Below, in pieces: positions 10,615 to 19,481 of a stretch of 64,000 nucleotides of DNA (positions within the stretch are counted from its first letter, which is position 1; every line of letters starts with the position of its first letter). The position numbers and the translations under genes are program-made. Below the pieces are notes generated by a model. The model was not told where the DNA came from, made no database searches, and worked only from the letters and a program-made list of their open reading frames with translations. Origin of the DNA: a virus (taxonomy: Duplodnaviria; Caudoviricetes); the IMG/VR virus record IMGVR_UViG_3300029305_005547, positions 214,850 through 278,849 of that record; one strand, 5' to 3'.

Positions 10615-11445
10615 TTATTTTATTAAAACACCGTTAACCGAAACTTCATTTGTCATGTTATCGATTCTTGCATCAGATGTCGTGTACTTACATGTGAACG
10701 TTGTAACCTCTTCTGTAAATACAGGTCTAATGTCATCAATTGCTGCCGGAAAGATATTTGGAAGAGAAGCTTTCCCTGACATAAGAATATTCGCAAGTTC
10801 AGACTTCATAGATCTTTCAAATACTGATTTAGCAGCATACAACAATGTATTTTTGATGAGGGATGGTGAAACTGGTTCTTTAACATTAAATGAAGCAACA
10901 ACAGCAACACTAGTCACAAGAACAAACCACTTGTCATAAGGTGATTCATTATCCTCTACCTTAAATGGTCTAACCGGAATTGAAACTGAAACTTCTGCTG
11001 TGATTTCATTAAATCCACTACTCTTCTCCGTTATATAAGTAAAGGCTGCATCGAAAATTCCATTAGGATTCTTATGCAAGATATGATCTTTCTTGGAATT
11101 ATCAATTGTATATACGACAGGAGATGATGCGATACGGAAATCTTTAACCGGTAATGAATCCACATCATCAGCAATTGTAACCATCGCTGTATAAGGGATA
11201 TTCATTGTATATTCATCAGTATCTTCACCAATCCGAACTGTATTTTTAGATTCACACAGTTGCATAAGTTCAATAGAAGTATCTTCCTGCTCAGAAACAT
11301 ATCCAGCTATTTCCTTAATGGAATCCAAATCTTCAACTTCAAGATCATCACCAGGTTTATGGTTAAGATCTATATTTGTAAGGTTTCTTACAGTTTCAGC
11401 AAATTCTGTATTAACGGGTTCATTATTTTTCTTTTTTCCAAACAT
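10615..11445 (-). CDS. Hypothetical protein (276 aa)
   Basis: AAGGAG RBS; long ORF. Confidence 0.7.
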   Translation of the reverse strand: MFGKKKNNEPVNTEFAETVRNLTNIDLNHKPGDDLEVEDLDSIKEIAGYVSEQEDTSIELMQLCESKNTVRIGEDTDEYTMNIPYTAMVTIADDVDSLPVKDFRIASSPVVYTIDNSKKDHILHKNPNGIFDAAFTYITEKSSGFNEITAEVSVSIPVRPFKVEDNESPYDKWFVLVTSVAVVASFNVKEPVSPSLIKNTLLYAAKSVFERSMKSELANILMSGKASLPNIFPAAIDDIRPVFTEEVTTFTCKYTTSDARIDNMTNEVSVNGVLIK

Positions 11446-11473
11446 GATTAGGTCTCCTTCTTAATTGGTATTT

Positions 11474-12253
11474 TTATAAGTTCTCTGATAAGAACTCTTT
11501 AATCTCATCCTTCTTTACTACATTCAGAGAGTCATTACGACTCTTATAAACGATGTAATCTCTGATAGGATCTTCGTTATCTGTTCCACTATCTTTCAGT
11601 ATAATAACACAATCAACTCCAAGAATTTCAATCCATGTCTGCCAAACAGTTGTAGAAACTTTTGTAGATGAATTAAGACCTTGAAATAGATTACTGAAAG
11701 CATAAGCTTTAGATAACTTCTTTCTGTATTTAGTTGTAGCGACATTCTTTATCAAAAAGACTGTCTTAATTAATTTCTTAAGAAAGTCATCTTCCTCAAG
11801 AATCTCAGGAACATACGGAGCTGAAGATGATGCAATGTATGCACTGTTTTCATCTTTTCCAAAATCTGCATCAACCGGTGTTCTTGAGCATATTAAATTG
11901 AGTCTTTGATTTTCCACACTTTCATACGTGATTTCACCATCACATATTGAAGGAATCGTTACAATACCGAGTTCCTTATCAATACTGATCATCGGAAATT
12001 CTTTAGCTCTTGAAGGGAGTTTCTTCTTATACTTCCATACTTTACCGTCATGAATATAGTAAGAATTCTCAATAAGTTCATTAGAACTTGATTCTGCAAA
12101 TTCTCCGATAATCATTATATGTTTCCCTTGAATAGTCGCATGAAGTGGGAAAGTCATTTGCTTTTGAGTCTCATCTGTTTCATTTTTAGATGAACCAAAT
12201 ATTCTGCATTTTTCGATTGCTTCATCGATTTGTGATGTAGTATTCTCACTCAT
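11474..12253 (-). CDS. Hypothetical protein (259 aa), possible C-terminal HTH-like DNA-binding region
   Basis: AAGGAG RBS; early motif at 12280-12289. The function is inferred only. Confidence 0.6.
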   Translation of the reverse strand: MSENTTSQIDEAIEKCRIFGSSKNETDETQKQMTFPLHATIQGKHIMIIGEFAESSSNELIENSYYIHDGKVWKYKKKLPSRAKEFPMISIDKELGIVTIPSICDGEITYESVENQRLNLICSRTPVDADFGKDENSAYIASSSAPYVPEILEEDDFLKKLIKTVFLIKNVATTKYRKKLSKAYAFSNLFQGLNSSTKVSTTVWQTWIEILGVDCVIILKDSGTDNEDPIRDYIVYKSRNDSLNVVKKDEIKEFLSENL

Positions 12254-12296
12254 TGGTTAGGTTTCTCCTTTCTAAATAAATAATATATCAATTCAA

Positions 12297-13025
12297 TTAT
12301 GAAGACACTATCTGTTCTCTAGGGATATTAAGCCCATAAACAGTATCTGGTTTCATTGTAGAAAGACCTAATGCCATCTGTGTAGCCTGCATTGAAATCT
12401 GTGCAGGTTTTATTGAATCGAGTATATCTATAAAAGCCGCAAGTTCATCTACAGTAAGTTCAGCAATTGTATTATTTGAAGGATTAATCATTCTTATTCC
12501 TTCATATATACTATACTCATTATTACCTGTCATTTCACGTATTATACAATACATGATTTCAATAATAGAACCCCTTATAGGAAGAAGTTGTTTTTCTCTT
12601 TTTACAATATCTTCATTTATCTGCAATTGGTTATTTACAAGATAAAATAAATCTTGTCTACTAAAACCTCTTTGCATACTACGAAGTGTTTGTTTAAGAG
12701 CATTTAAATGAGTATGAGATAAATATACTGTAGTTTTAGAATCAAATCTTCCGTCCATACTTCTCATATTAAACGGATAATCAATTAATGGTGAACTTGA
12801 TAAATATAATGACTGTCCATCTATCGACTGAATATGTACTCTGGATGGACTAACCACTTTACCGAATTTTTGGTTCCTTAATATTGTATCCTGATTATGA
12901 GTAAACCTAATCCGTAACTTTAGCGTAAGATTCTTTGGGACCATCGGAAGTTCTATCAGAACCTTGTCCACTTTCCCTTGAAACGGATTCTTCACTCCTT
13001 GAAACATCTGATTTTGGTCTTGCAT
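12297..13025 (-). CDS. Hypothetical protein (start revised to MQDQNQ, 242 aa)
   Basis: GGAG RBS upstream of ATG 13025; overlaps the 3' end of 12907..13389. Confidence 0.6.
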   Translation of the reverse strand: MQDQNQMFQGVKNPFQGKVDKVLIELPMVPKNLTLKLRIRFTHNQDTILRNQKFGKVVSPSRVHIQSIDGQSLYLSSSPLIDYPFNMRSMDGRFDSKTTVYLSHTHLNALKQTLRSMQRGFSRQDLFYLVNNQLQINEDIVKREKQLLPIRGSIIEIMYCIIREMTGNNEYSIYEGIRMINPSNNTIAELTVDELAAFIDILDSIKPAQISMQATQMALGLSTMKPDTVYGLNIPREQIVSS

Positions 13026-13389
13026 TCTTATCATCTCCAATAATATCTTTTTCATTATCCGCCTGGACTTTACCAAATAATACCAATGCACACTGTGCCA
13101 TGATATTAGATGCTTCAACATAACCACCGGCAAGCTGAGCACTTCTTGCAATTTCAGAAAATCGGTGGTAAATATTTCTTTTTGTGTTAAGTTCCTTATT
13201 TTCAAGCAGATATCTTTCAATGGATTTAAACAACCCAAATACTTGACATACTAACAAGAATAATATAATCACAGAAAGACATGAGAAAAGTATAACAAAC
13301 CATACCACTAATCCCTGATGCCCATCTGCTAATTTAAGTAAGAAGTCAAAAATCAATTTTAATACTTCCATTGGTTTTACTCCTTTCAT
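12907..13389 (-). CDS. Membrane protein (N-terminal TM helix, acidic tail)
   Basis: Hydrophobic segment LVVWFVILFSCLSVIILFLLVC; AAAGGAG RBS before MEVLK. Confidence 0.55.
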   Translation of the reverse strand: MKGVKPMEVLKLIFDFLLKLADGHQGLVVWFVILFSCLSVIILFLLVCQVFGLFKSIERYLLENKELNTKRNIYHRFSEIARSAQLAGGYVEASNIMAQCALVLFGKVQADNEKDIIGDDKNARPKSDVSRSEESVSRESGQGSDRTSDGPKESYAKVTD

Positions 13390-13404
13390 ATAAGAGGATG
13401 ATGA

Positions 13405-16400
13405 TTACTCATCATCCTCAGTATCCTCATAATCCGTTGTGACTTCGCCTGTTTCATGTTCAGCAATCATATCAGGTTCACGCTGGAAAATAACTGCAGG
13501 TTTATCCCTGAATACTCCATATGCGACAATGTCGTTATCAAGGAAATGCTCTACATAGTTCATAATTTCATAATACTCTTCTTTGGTCTCGAACTCAATT
13601 TCAATACATTCGTGACCTTCTTTCTTAATCAAACGATTAATATCCTTAACAAATTCTGTTAGGAAGAAATCAGGTTCTCCATCGTTATTAAAATAGAGAC
13701 CTTTAATCTTACTGAACGGGGAAAGAATCCCGCTCGTACCTGGGTCACTGTTGCCGCAAGTTAACAAATCGAACTCACTAATAAATGACGGGTGTAATCC
13801 TCTATATTTAGCGGAAATGTTATTACTATTCTTGCGCCCTAATGAATGTGGACCTTTGCTTCATATCAAATATTTTGATGCTGACTATATCATCATCCAA
13901 CATAACTATTACCATTATATTGGAGCCTACCTTTTCGGAATTACTTCCTACTCTACTTGGTTACTCACTATAGTATTTCTCTATAGCTATCCTTTCGATA
14001 GTCGATGAACACACAACCATTTCATTCATATAGTTAGTAGAAATAATAATCATCAGAAATATCTGTCCAATGACGTCTTTCTTTAATACGCCTAATTAAA
14101 TTCTCTGCTTTAGGATCCAACTTAAGTCTTTTTATTATTTCTTTAGTTGAATATCCCATTTCAAGATTAACACAAATACGTCTAACCAAATCACTATCAT
14201 ATTTATGATTATTAGATTCATCACCATAACGTATTTTTTGTAATCCCATAGCAATAGAATGCTTTATGTTTTCAGATGATGTTACCCATTCTAAATCTTT
14301 AGCACCATTTTTACTTTTATCACCCTTCTTATGATTAACTTGAAGTTCTTCTAAAGTATATCCTTCAGGTAATGGTATAAAATGAATTGCTACTAATCTA
14401 TGAATGGAGTATTCTTTTTGTTTACCTTTTTTCTTCGATGAAAGATTAACTCTATAGTATCCATTATGTTTCTTAATTGGTCGCAAAATTGTATCAGATT
14501 TTATAGAATAAATTCGTCCTTTATTACTAATCTCATACATACCTTCACGAATATCTTCATAAACTAATGGAACCCATATTTCACCTTTCTTATTTATTCT
14601 AGGTATATTTCCTCTATTCTTTCCTATATGATTCACCTTCTTTCATTCATTATAAATTGAATGAAATGGTTGCTTCGTTGCGGATTATATCAGTATATAT
14701 TCTTTTTACTATACCTTTGGAGTTACCCATTGCCACTAAGTATATTACTATCTTAGTTTAGTAAATATATACTACGGATACGTTCCCGCAGTTAGATAGG
14801 TTTTTCCAACACATTACTGTGTTTCGGGACAAGCCTTTCGTCCATTTAAATTTGTTAAAGAATGTCATATCATTAATACACTCGTTGAAGCGCAAAATTC
14901 CTGAAACATGCATCTTCTGCAATTGATTTAATCAATTAGACTATATCTTCATTTTATATTCTTTTATCAAATATAAAATGCCTCCCATTTCGGAATTACT
15001 TCCTACTCTACTTGGTTACTCACTATAGTATTTCTCTATAGCTACCCTTTCGATAGTCGTTGAACTTGTATCTATTCGTTTTAAATTAATTATTTCGTAT
15101 TGCTTCAATTAATAAACCTGTAATTGGGGATTCGTCTATAACTATAACATCTTTAAATGATGTAACAGTTCTTTCTCCATTTGGGTCTACATTAAAATCT
15201 TTATCTAAATGATAAGGTGTTTCTTTTAAATCAGTTAATATTATTAGATGACCTTCTTTCATTAGAAAAATTGCATTATCTGTTTCATTATTTAATCTAA
15301 ACATCTTGATTACTTTATACTGCAATTCTTCATCAAGTTCTGAAACTAATATATTTCCTAATGATTCTTGTATTTTATCTTTTATATTATTACCCATATA
15401 TTAACTCCTTTTATTTTTTGTAACGAATAGATAATTAGCTGCGGATTATATCTTAACTTACTCTTTTTACTATACCTTTGGAGTTACCCATTGCCACTAA
15501 GTATATTACTATCTTAGTTTAGTAAGTAAGTGTCATTGATTATGTCCCCGCAATTAAAGAGGTTTATTCTCACCCATTGTGTTAAATGAGAAGGGTTCCA
15601 GGGAATTTGAAAATGTCGCATATATTTTCAAGTGTTACCTTAGCACCCATGTTAATAATACGATTCAAACGTGTACTAAATTCTTGTGTAAGTAATGATG
15701 CTACGTATTCATAACAACGTAGTCTCTTATTTTCAAGAGACAAGTTATCTTTCATACGAAGCTGATTAAATTCCATCATAGCCCATCTGATAATAGCATA
15801 GACATCTTTCTTATGGTAATCATCAATCTTTAAAATCTTTCTTGTCGTTTCATCGAGCATACGATTGAATGATGTTAAAGTATCCATACCTTTTTCAACT
15901 GTATTAGATGGAGTAAGTTTCTTAATGAAGTTCTCAGTATTATCAATCTGAGATAAATCAAAACGATTTGTAAGAATCTCTAAGAATCCTGCTACAACCG
16001 CTTGCACATAATTCCACTTCTCAAACATTTCCTCATTTACTTCCAAATAACATTTGGATGAAACCTGGAAATATAAACAATCATCTCTACGATTGTCAAG
16101 ATTTGGAATTAAATGAATAATTGAATCTACCTTAAGGTAGATCAAGGCATATTCAATACCAAAGTTTGCTGCTACAAACAGCATTACATCAGTCTCTCTA
16201 TGGAACACAAAAGTTCTAAAGAGTGGTAACATATATCCTTTACCATCTACATCTTCATGTACACAAGGTACACGTTTAATTACGATTGGCATAAGTGACT
16301 TAATAACAGTCGATGTTAAAGTCGTATATGTAGACTTTTCAAGAAGCTGGTAAATCATATAATACTTTCTTCCATTGATGAAAAGATATCCATCATCATC

Positions 16401-16778
16401 TTCAAGAGGAATAAGCATATCTTTGTTGATTACTTTCTCCCTAACTTTTTCCTGACCTGTCTTAGGGTCTTTTTCTGTAATACTGATTAATAGATGAACT
16501 GTAAGAAGTCCTACTCTATCATCATTGATCAATTTGTAGTCGTACTGATATTTCTTGGGAACGTTTTTATTACGTTTGAAAATATGGCGATTAATATCAA
16601 TCGTTGATTCTCTAGTATTAAATTCATACCCTAAGAACTTAATGTACTTTACTACTTCCAGTGATTTCCATGAGTCAACAACATAGTCAACAAGTTCACC
16701 ATCTGCTGACTTAGTCATTAAATCCACGTTTAATTCGTCTTCATAATCTCCTACGAAGTCTTTTAAAAACGGTAGCAT
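13405..16778 (-). CDS. rpoB: Phage multisubunit RNA polymerase beta subunit, N-terminal half; spliced join(15585..16778, 14840..14919, 13405..13861), ~576 aa
   Basis: Exon 1 has the beta-like GYLFINGRKYYMIYQL. The spliced frame reads ...FPGTLLI|QKMHVSGILRFNECINDMTFFNKFKW T|SKGPHSLGRK...RGLHPSFISEFDLLTCGNSDPGTSGILSPF, equivalent to beta GPGGL..R...HPSHYGRIC...P..G. Exon lengths restore one continuous frame. Confidence 0.85.
13862..14839 (-). ncRNA. Group I intron 2 in the RNAP beta gene (978 nt)
   Basis: P AACUGCGGGAAC, Q AAUCCGCAAC, R GUUCAUCGACUA, S AUGAUAUAGUCA. IGS GCUUGUCC pairs with 5' exon GGAC and 3' exon AAGC. Terminal G at 13862. Confidence 0.9.
14034..14636 (-). CDS. Intron-encoded NUMOD4/HNH homing endonuclease (I-HmuI-like)
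   Basis: EIWVP...YEISNKGRI (NUMOD4) and HRLVAIHF...VNHKKGDKSKN...LEWVTSSENIKH (HNH); GTG start. Confidence 0.9.
   Translation of the reverse strand: MNHIGKNRGNIPRINKKGEIWVPLVYEDIREGMYEISNKGRIYSIKSDTILRPIKKHNGYYRVNLSSKKKGKQKEYSIHRLVAIHFIPLPEGYTLEELQVNHKKGDKSKNGAKDLEWVTSSENIKHSIAMGLQKIRYGDESNNHKYDSDLVRRICVNLEMGYSTKEIIKRLKLDPKAENLIRRIKERRHWTDISDDYYFY
14920..15584 (-). ncRNA. Group I intron 1 in the RNAP beta gene (665 nt)
   Basis: The 5' exon ends in U (CUCAUU pairing with IGS GGUGAG). P AAUUGCGGGGAC, Q AAUCCGCAGC, R GUUCAACGACUA, S AAGAUAUAGUCU; terminal G at 14920. Confidence 0.9.
15086..15397 (-). CDS. Intron-encoded protein of unknown function (103 aa)
   Basis: AAAAGGAG RBS; lies between the Q and R elements of intron 1; no HNH, GIY-YIG or LAGLIDADG motif seen. 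Confidence 0.65.
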   Translation of the reverse strand: MGNNIKDKIQESLGNILVSELDEELQYKVIKMFRLNNETDNAIFLMKEGHLIILTDLKETPYHLDKDFNVDPNGERTVTSFKDVIVIDESPITGLLIEAIRNN

Positions 16779-16936
16779 AAGATGTTCTCCTTTCCATTAT
16801 TTCATATAAATAATAAATCATTAAAAGTTATTTCTTCAAAAAATAAAAGCCGATTTACATAACTTTTTATTTGGGTATAAAAAGGATTGACTCACAGGGT
16901 AAAACCTGCAAGACAATCCTCAAATACACTTATTTA

Positions 16937-17647
16937 TTATTCATATTTTGTGGTTGCATCTCCGTCTTCTTTGATGAGACCTTTGCTGTATACACAAGGC
17001 TTAAATGATATCTCGATACCATCTTCCATAAGCCTTGCATAAATATCATAACATCCTGCCATGTTCATGCGAAGTTCCCACTTATCCTCTTCCGCTCTCT
17101 TAAGCTTCATGAACTCTACTACCTTATCATGGATAGAACAGAAAATAGGCATAATAATTTCCGGATTTGCACCCTGAATAGATAATTCAGAACTTACCTT
17201 ATCAACTGCTAACTTCGTAATCTGCTTCACGTCATCAATAGATGTAGTGATATTAGATTCGTTCCACTGAGTACATCTGATAACAGACTTATCTTCTGTT
17301 TCATCAACCTCAGTAAGCTTATCATTTTCAATATGCTTAATGAACGGCATAAAGTTACCAAGTTTCTCAAGATCCTGGTTTTCTTCAACATCAAAACTTG
17401 TTGTAAAACCAATCTCAAGTCTGTTAGCGATAATAATAGAATGAGACTCCTTTGTCTTCTGAAGAGACTTAAGGTGTTTCATAATACAGTCAAATACAAC
17501 TGCATAAATTGAGATGGGAACTGCATTACTTCCCATTTTGATTTTGAAATTACGGTAAATATCCGGACGAGCCATTTCCGCAATTGTTTCGATATAGTCG
17601 CGATCTTCCACAACTACATTGTCAAAATACTCTTCTGCTTTTGTCAT
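16937..17647 (-). CDS. Hypothetical protein adjacent to the RNAP gene (236 aa)
   Basis: Long ORF with a TAATG stop/start overlap with the upstream gene. Confidence 0.7.
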   Translation of the reverse strand: MTKAEEYFDNVVVEDRDYIETIAEMARPDIYRNFKIKMGSNAVPISIYAVVFDCIMKHLKSLQKTKESHSIIIANRLEIGFTTSFDVEENQDLEKLGNFMPFIKHIENDKLTEVDETEDKSVIRCTQWNESNITTSIDDVKQITKLAVDKVSSELSIQGANPEIIMPIFCSIHDKVVEFMKLKRAEEDKWELRMNMAGCYDIYARLMEDGIEISFKPCVYSKGLIKEDGDATTKYE

Positions 17648-18240
17648 TACTTCTGACCTCCTGATTTAGAATTTCCAAAGGTACCTTTTGTGGTACGGAT
17701 ATTAAGTCTTGTTCCAACGGAATTGTGATGGTTAGACCCTCCATTTCTGTTTCCGTTATAAGGCTTCTTACCAGACTGCTGATGGAAATTCTTCTGTCCA
17801 CCCCTATTGTTATAGGGTTTCTTACCGGAATTCCCTTTGTTAGCCATACGCTTCTTCTTGCGTTCTTCTTCCTGCTTTCTTACAGTCTCTTCAAGCTCAC
17901 GTATCCACTTTACCTCTGATAATAATATATCTTTGAGATAATGAAGTGCCACATTAGGAGAATTGATTGTGGAATTTTCAAACAGCATATTCAACGTTCT
18001 GCCATTTATAATAAAGCTTGTTACGGTTTTCTTGTTTTCGAAGATGTACAGAGCAATCTTATACTCTTTAGATCTGTCACTCTTCTTGTTACGAATGACA
18101 AACACAAATGTCAGTGAACCGTTCTCTTCTTTTGAAGTATCAGGACGGAAACTGATTGCGTAATCGGAAGCTTCTTTTCCGAGTTCAGTTACAAGTTCTT
18201 TCAAGGACTTAATATAATCCTGGGTGTTCATCAATTTCAT
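17647..18240 (-). CDS. Hypothetical protein with basic Gly/Asn-rich low-complexity tail
   Basis: AAAGGA RBS; tail contains GKKPYN twice. Confidence 0.7.
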   Translation of the reverse strand: MKLMNTQDYIKSLKELVTELGKEASDYAISFRPDTSKEENGSLTFVFVIRNKKSDRSKEYKIALYIFENKKTVTSFIINGRTLNMLFENSTINSPNVALHYLKDILLSEVKWIRELEETVRKQEEERKKKRMANKGNSGKKPYNNRGGQKNFHQQSGKKPYNGNRNGGSNHHNSVGTRLNIRTTKGTFGNSKSGGQK

Positions 18241-18260
18241 ATGGTATTTTATCCTTTCTT

Positions 18261-18812
18261 TTACTCTTCATCAACAATGTTGAATAAGTTGATGTTTTCC
18301 ATGAGCTTGTTAGTGTCGATCTTATAAACAGCATCGACAAGTTCTGCTTTTGATAAAGCATCTTTAGCAACAGCAAGATCTGTTTCTGTAATTTCACCAT
18401 CGGTAGAATAGTGCGCAAATACTTCTTCGATAGGTTCATGTGTTTCAGCATGAAGAACTTCCTTGTTCGGTGTTACTGTTACAGGAACCAGTGCTCTTTC
18501 ATCACCGTTAATGGTTACTTCAAGAACAAACAGACCTTTGCATCTTTCTGAAATATCATTAAAAGATTTAATTCCGGGATCATTAATCTTTTCCCAGATA
18601 ATGAATTCTGACAAAGTATCGTCAGCAATTTCATCTTTAAGCATGTTACGTAATACTTTCTCAACCTTTTCAGGTTTCGATTTCTTCTTTTTCTTTTTCT
18701 TTTTACCAGAGTCTTCAATACCAAAGATATTCTGGTTTTTACTCTTTTTGATCTTGGTGTCATGTTTGGATTTTCCACCAAACACTTTAGAGTAATCGCT
18801 CTTTTTACTCAT
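18261..18812 (-). CDS. Lys-rich hypothetical protein (start revised to MSKKSD)
   Basis: AAAGGAAGG RBS before ATG 18812; poly-Lys tract. Confidence 0.65.
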   Translation of the reverse strand: MSKKSDYSKVFGGKSKHDTKIKKSKNQNIFGIEDSGKKKKKKKKSKPEKVEKVLRNMLKDEIADDTLSEFIIWEKINDPGIKSFNDISERCKGLFVLEVTINGDERALVPVTVTPNKEVLHAETHEPIEEVFAHYSTDGEITETDLAVAKDALSKAELVDAVYKIDTNKLMENINLFNIVDEE

Positions 18813-18909
18813 TGGGTTAACCTTCCTTTCAAACCGTAATAAGTCAATAATGACCAGTAAGTAAATGTGCCTTGAAAAATGATAAATTATCCAAGGCACA
18901 TTTTATAGA

Positions 18910-19425
18910 TTAATCTTCATCTGAAGACTTACTGTTTTTAATGACCTTAGCTAAAAATCCCTTAGGAACTTCCATCTTTTTAACAGAACTACCATAAAGA
19001 ATTTTGTTAACGTTTACATCAGAATCCATAGATTCTAATTTCTTTCTAAGCCAGTCTTTGTAACTATCACCCGACTTAGATAAAGCAATTCTCGGGAATT
19101 CAAACTCATCAGACTTAATGATATATGTCTCAAGCTTTGTATCACCTACTAATGCTCGAACAACATATATTCCTTCACCATCATTCTTCAAGAAATCAGC
19201 ATAAGGAACATACACAGAATCGTTACTAGGTTGACACTTCTTATCAGCCTTAATAATCGAATAACAAGAATGATTTTCTAAAGTAGAATTTACTCCTTTA
19301 GTTTTCTTCTTTTTCTTCTTGTCTTTGTCTTTCTCCTTACCGTGCTTCTTTTCTTTGGATTCCTTGTTCTTTTTCTTCTTACCGGAATCTATCATTCCGT
19401 CAAGAGTCCAATAATTGCTACCCAT
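18910..19425 (-). CDS. Lys-rich hypothetical protein (171 aa)
   Basis: AAGGAGG RBS; N-terminal poly-Lys tracts. Confidence 0.7.
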   Translation of the reverse strand: MGSNYWTLDGMIDSGKKKKNKESKEKKHGKEKDKDKKKKKKTKGVNSTLENHSCYSIIKADKKCQPSNDSVYVPYADFLKNDGEGIYVVRALVGDTKLETYIIKSDEFEFPRIALSKSGDSYKDWLRKKLESMDSDVNVNKILYGSSVKKMEVPKGFLAKVIKNSKSSDED

Positions 19426-19481
19426 GCATTTCTCCTCCTTAATATGGTATTTTCTAGAACTTGGGTTAGTTCTTATATAAA

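Noticed and set aside
13405-13767. Stand-alone 120-aa gene or RNAP pseudogene
   Set aside because: It is the 3' exon of the intron-split RNAP beta gene; splicing restores the frame.
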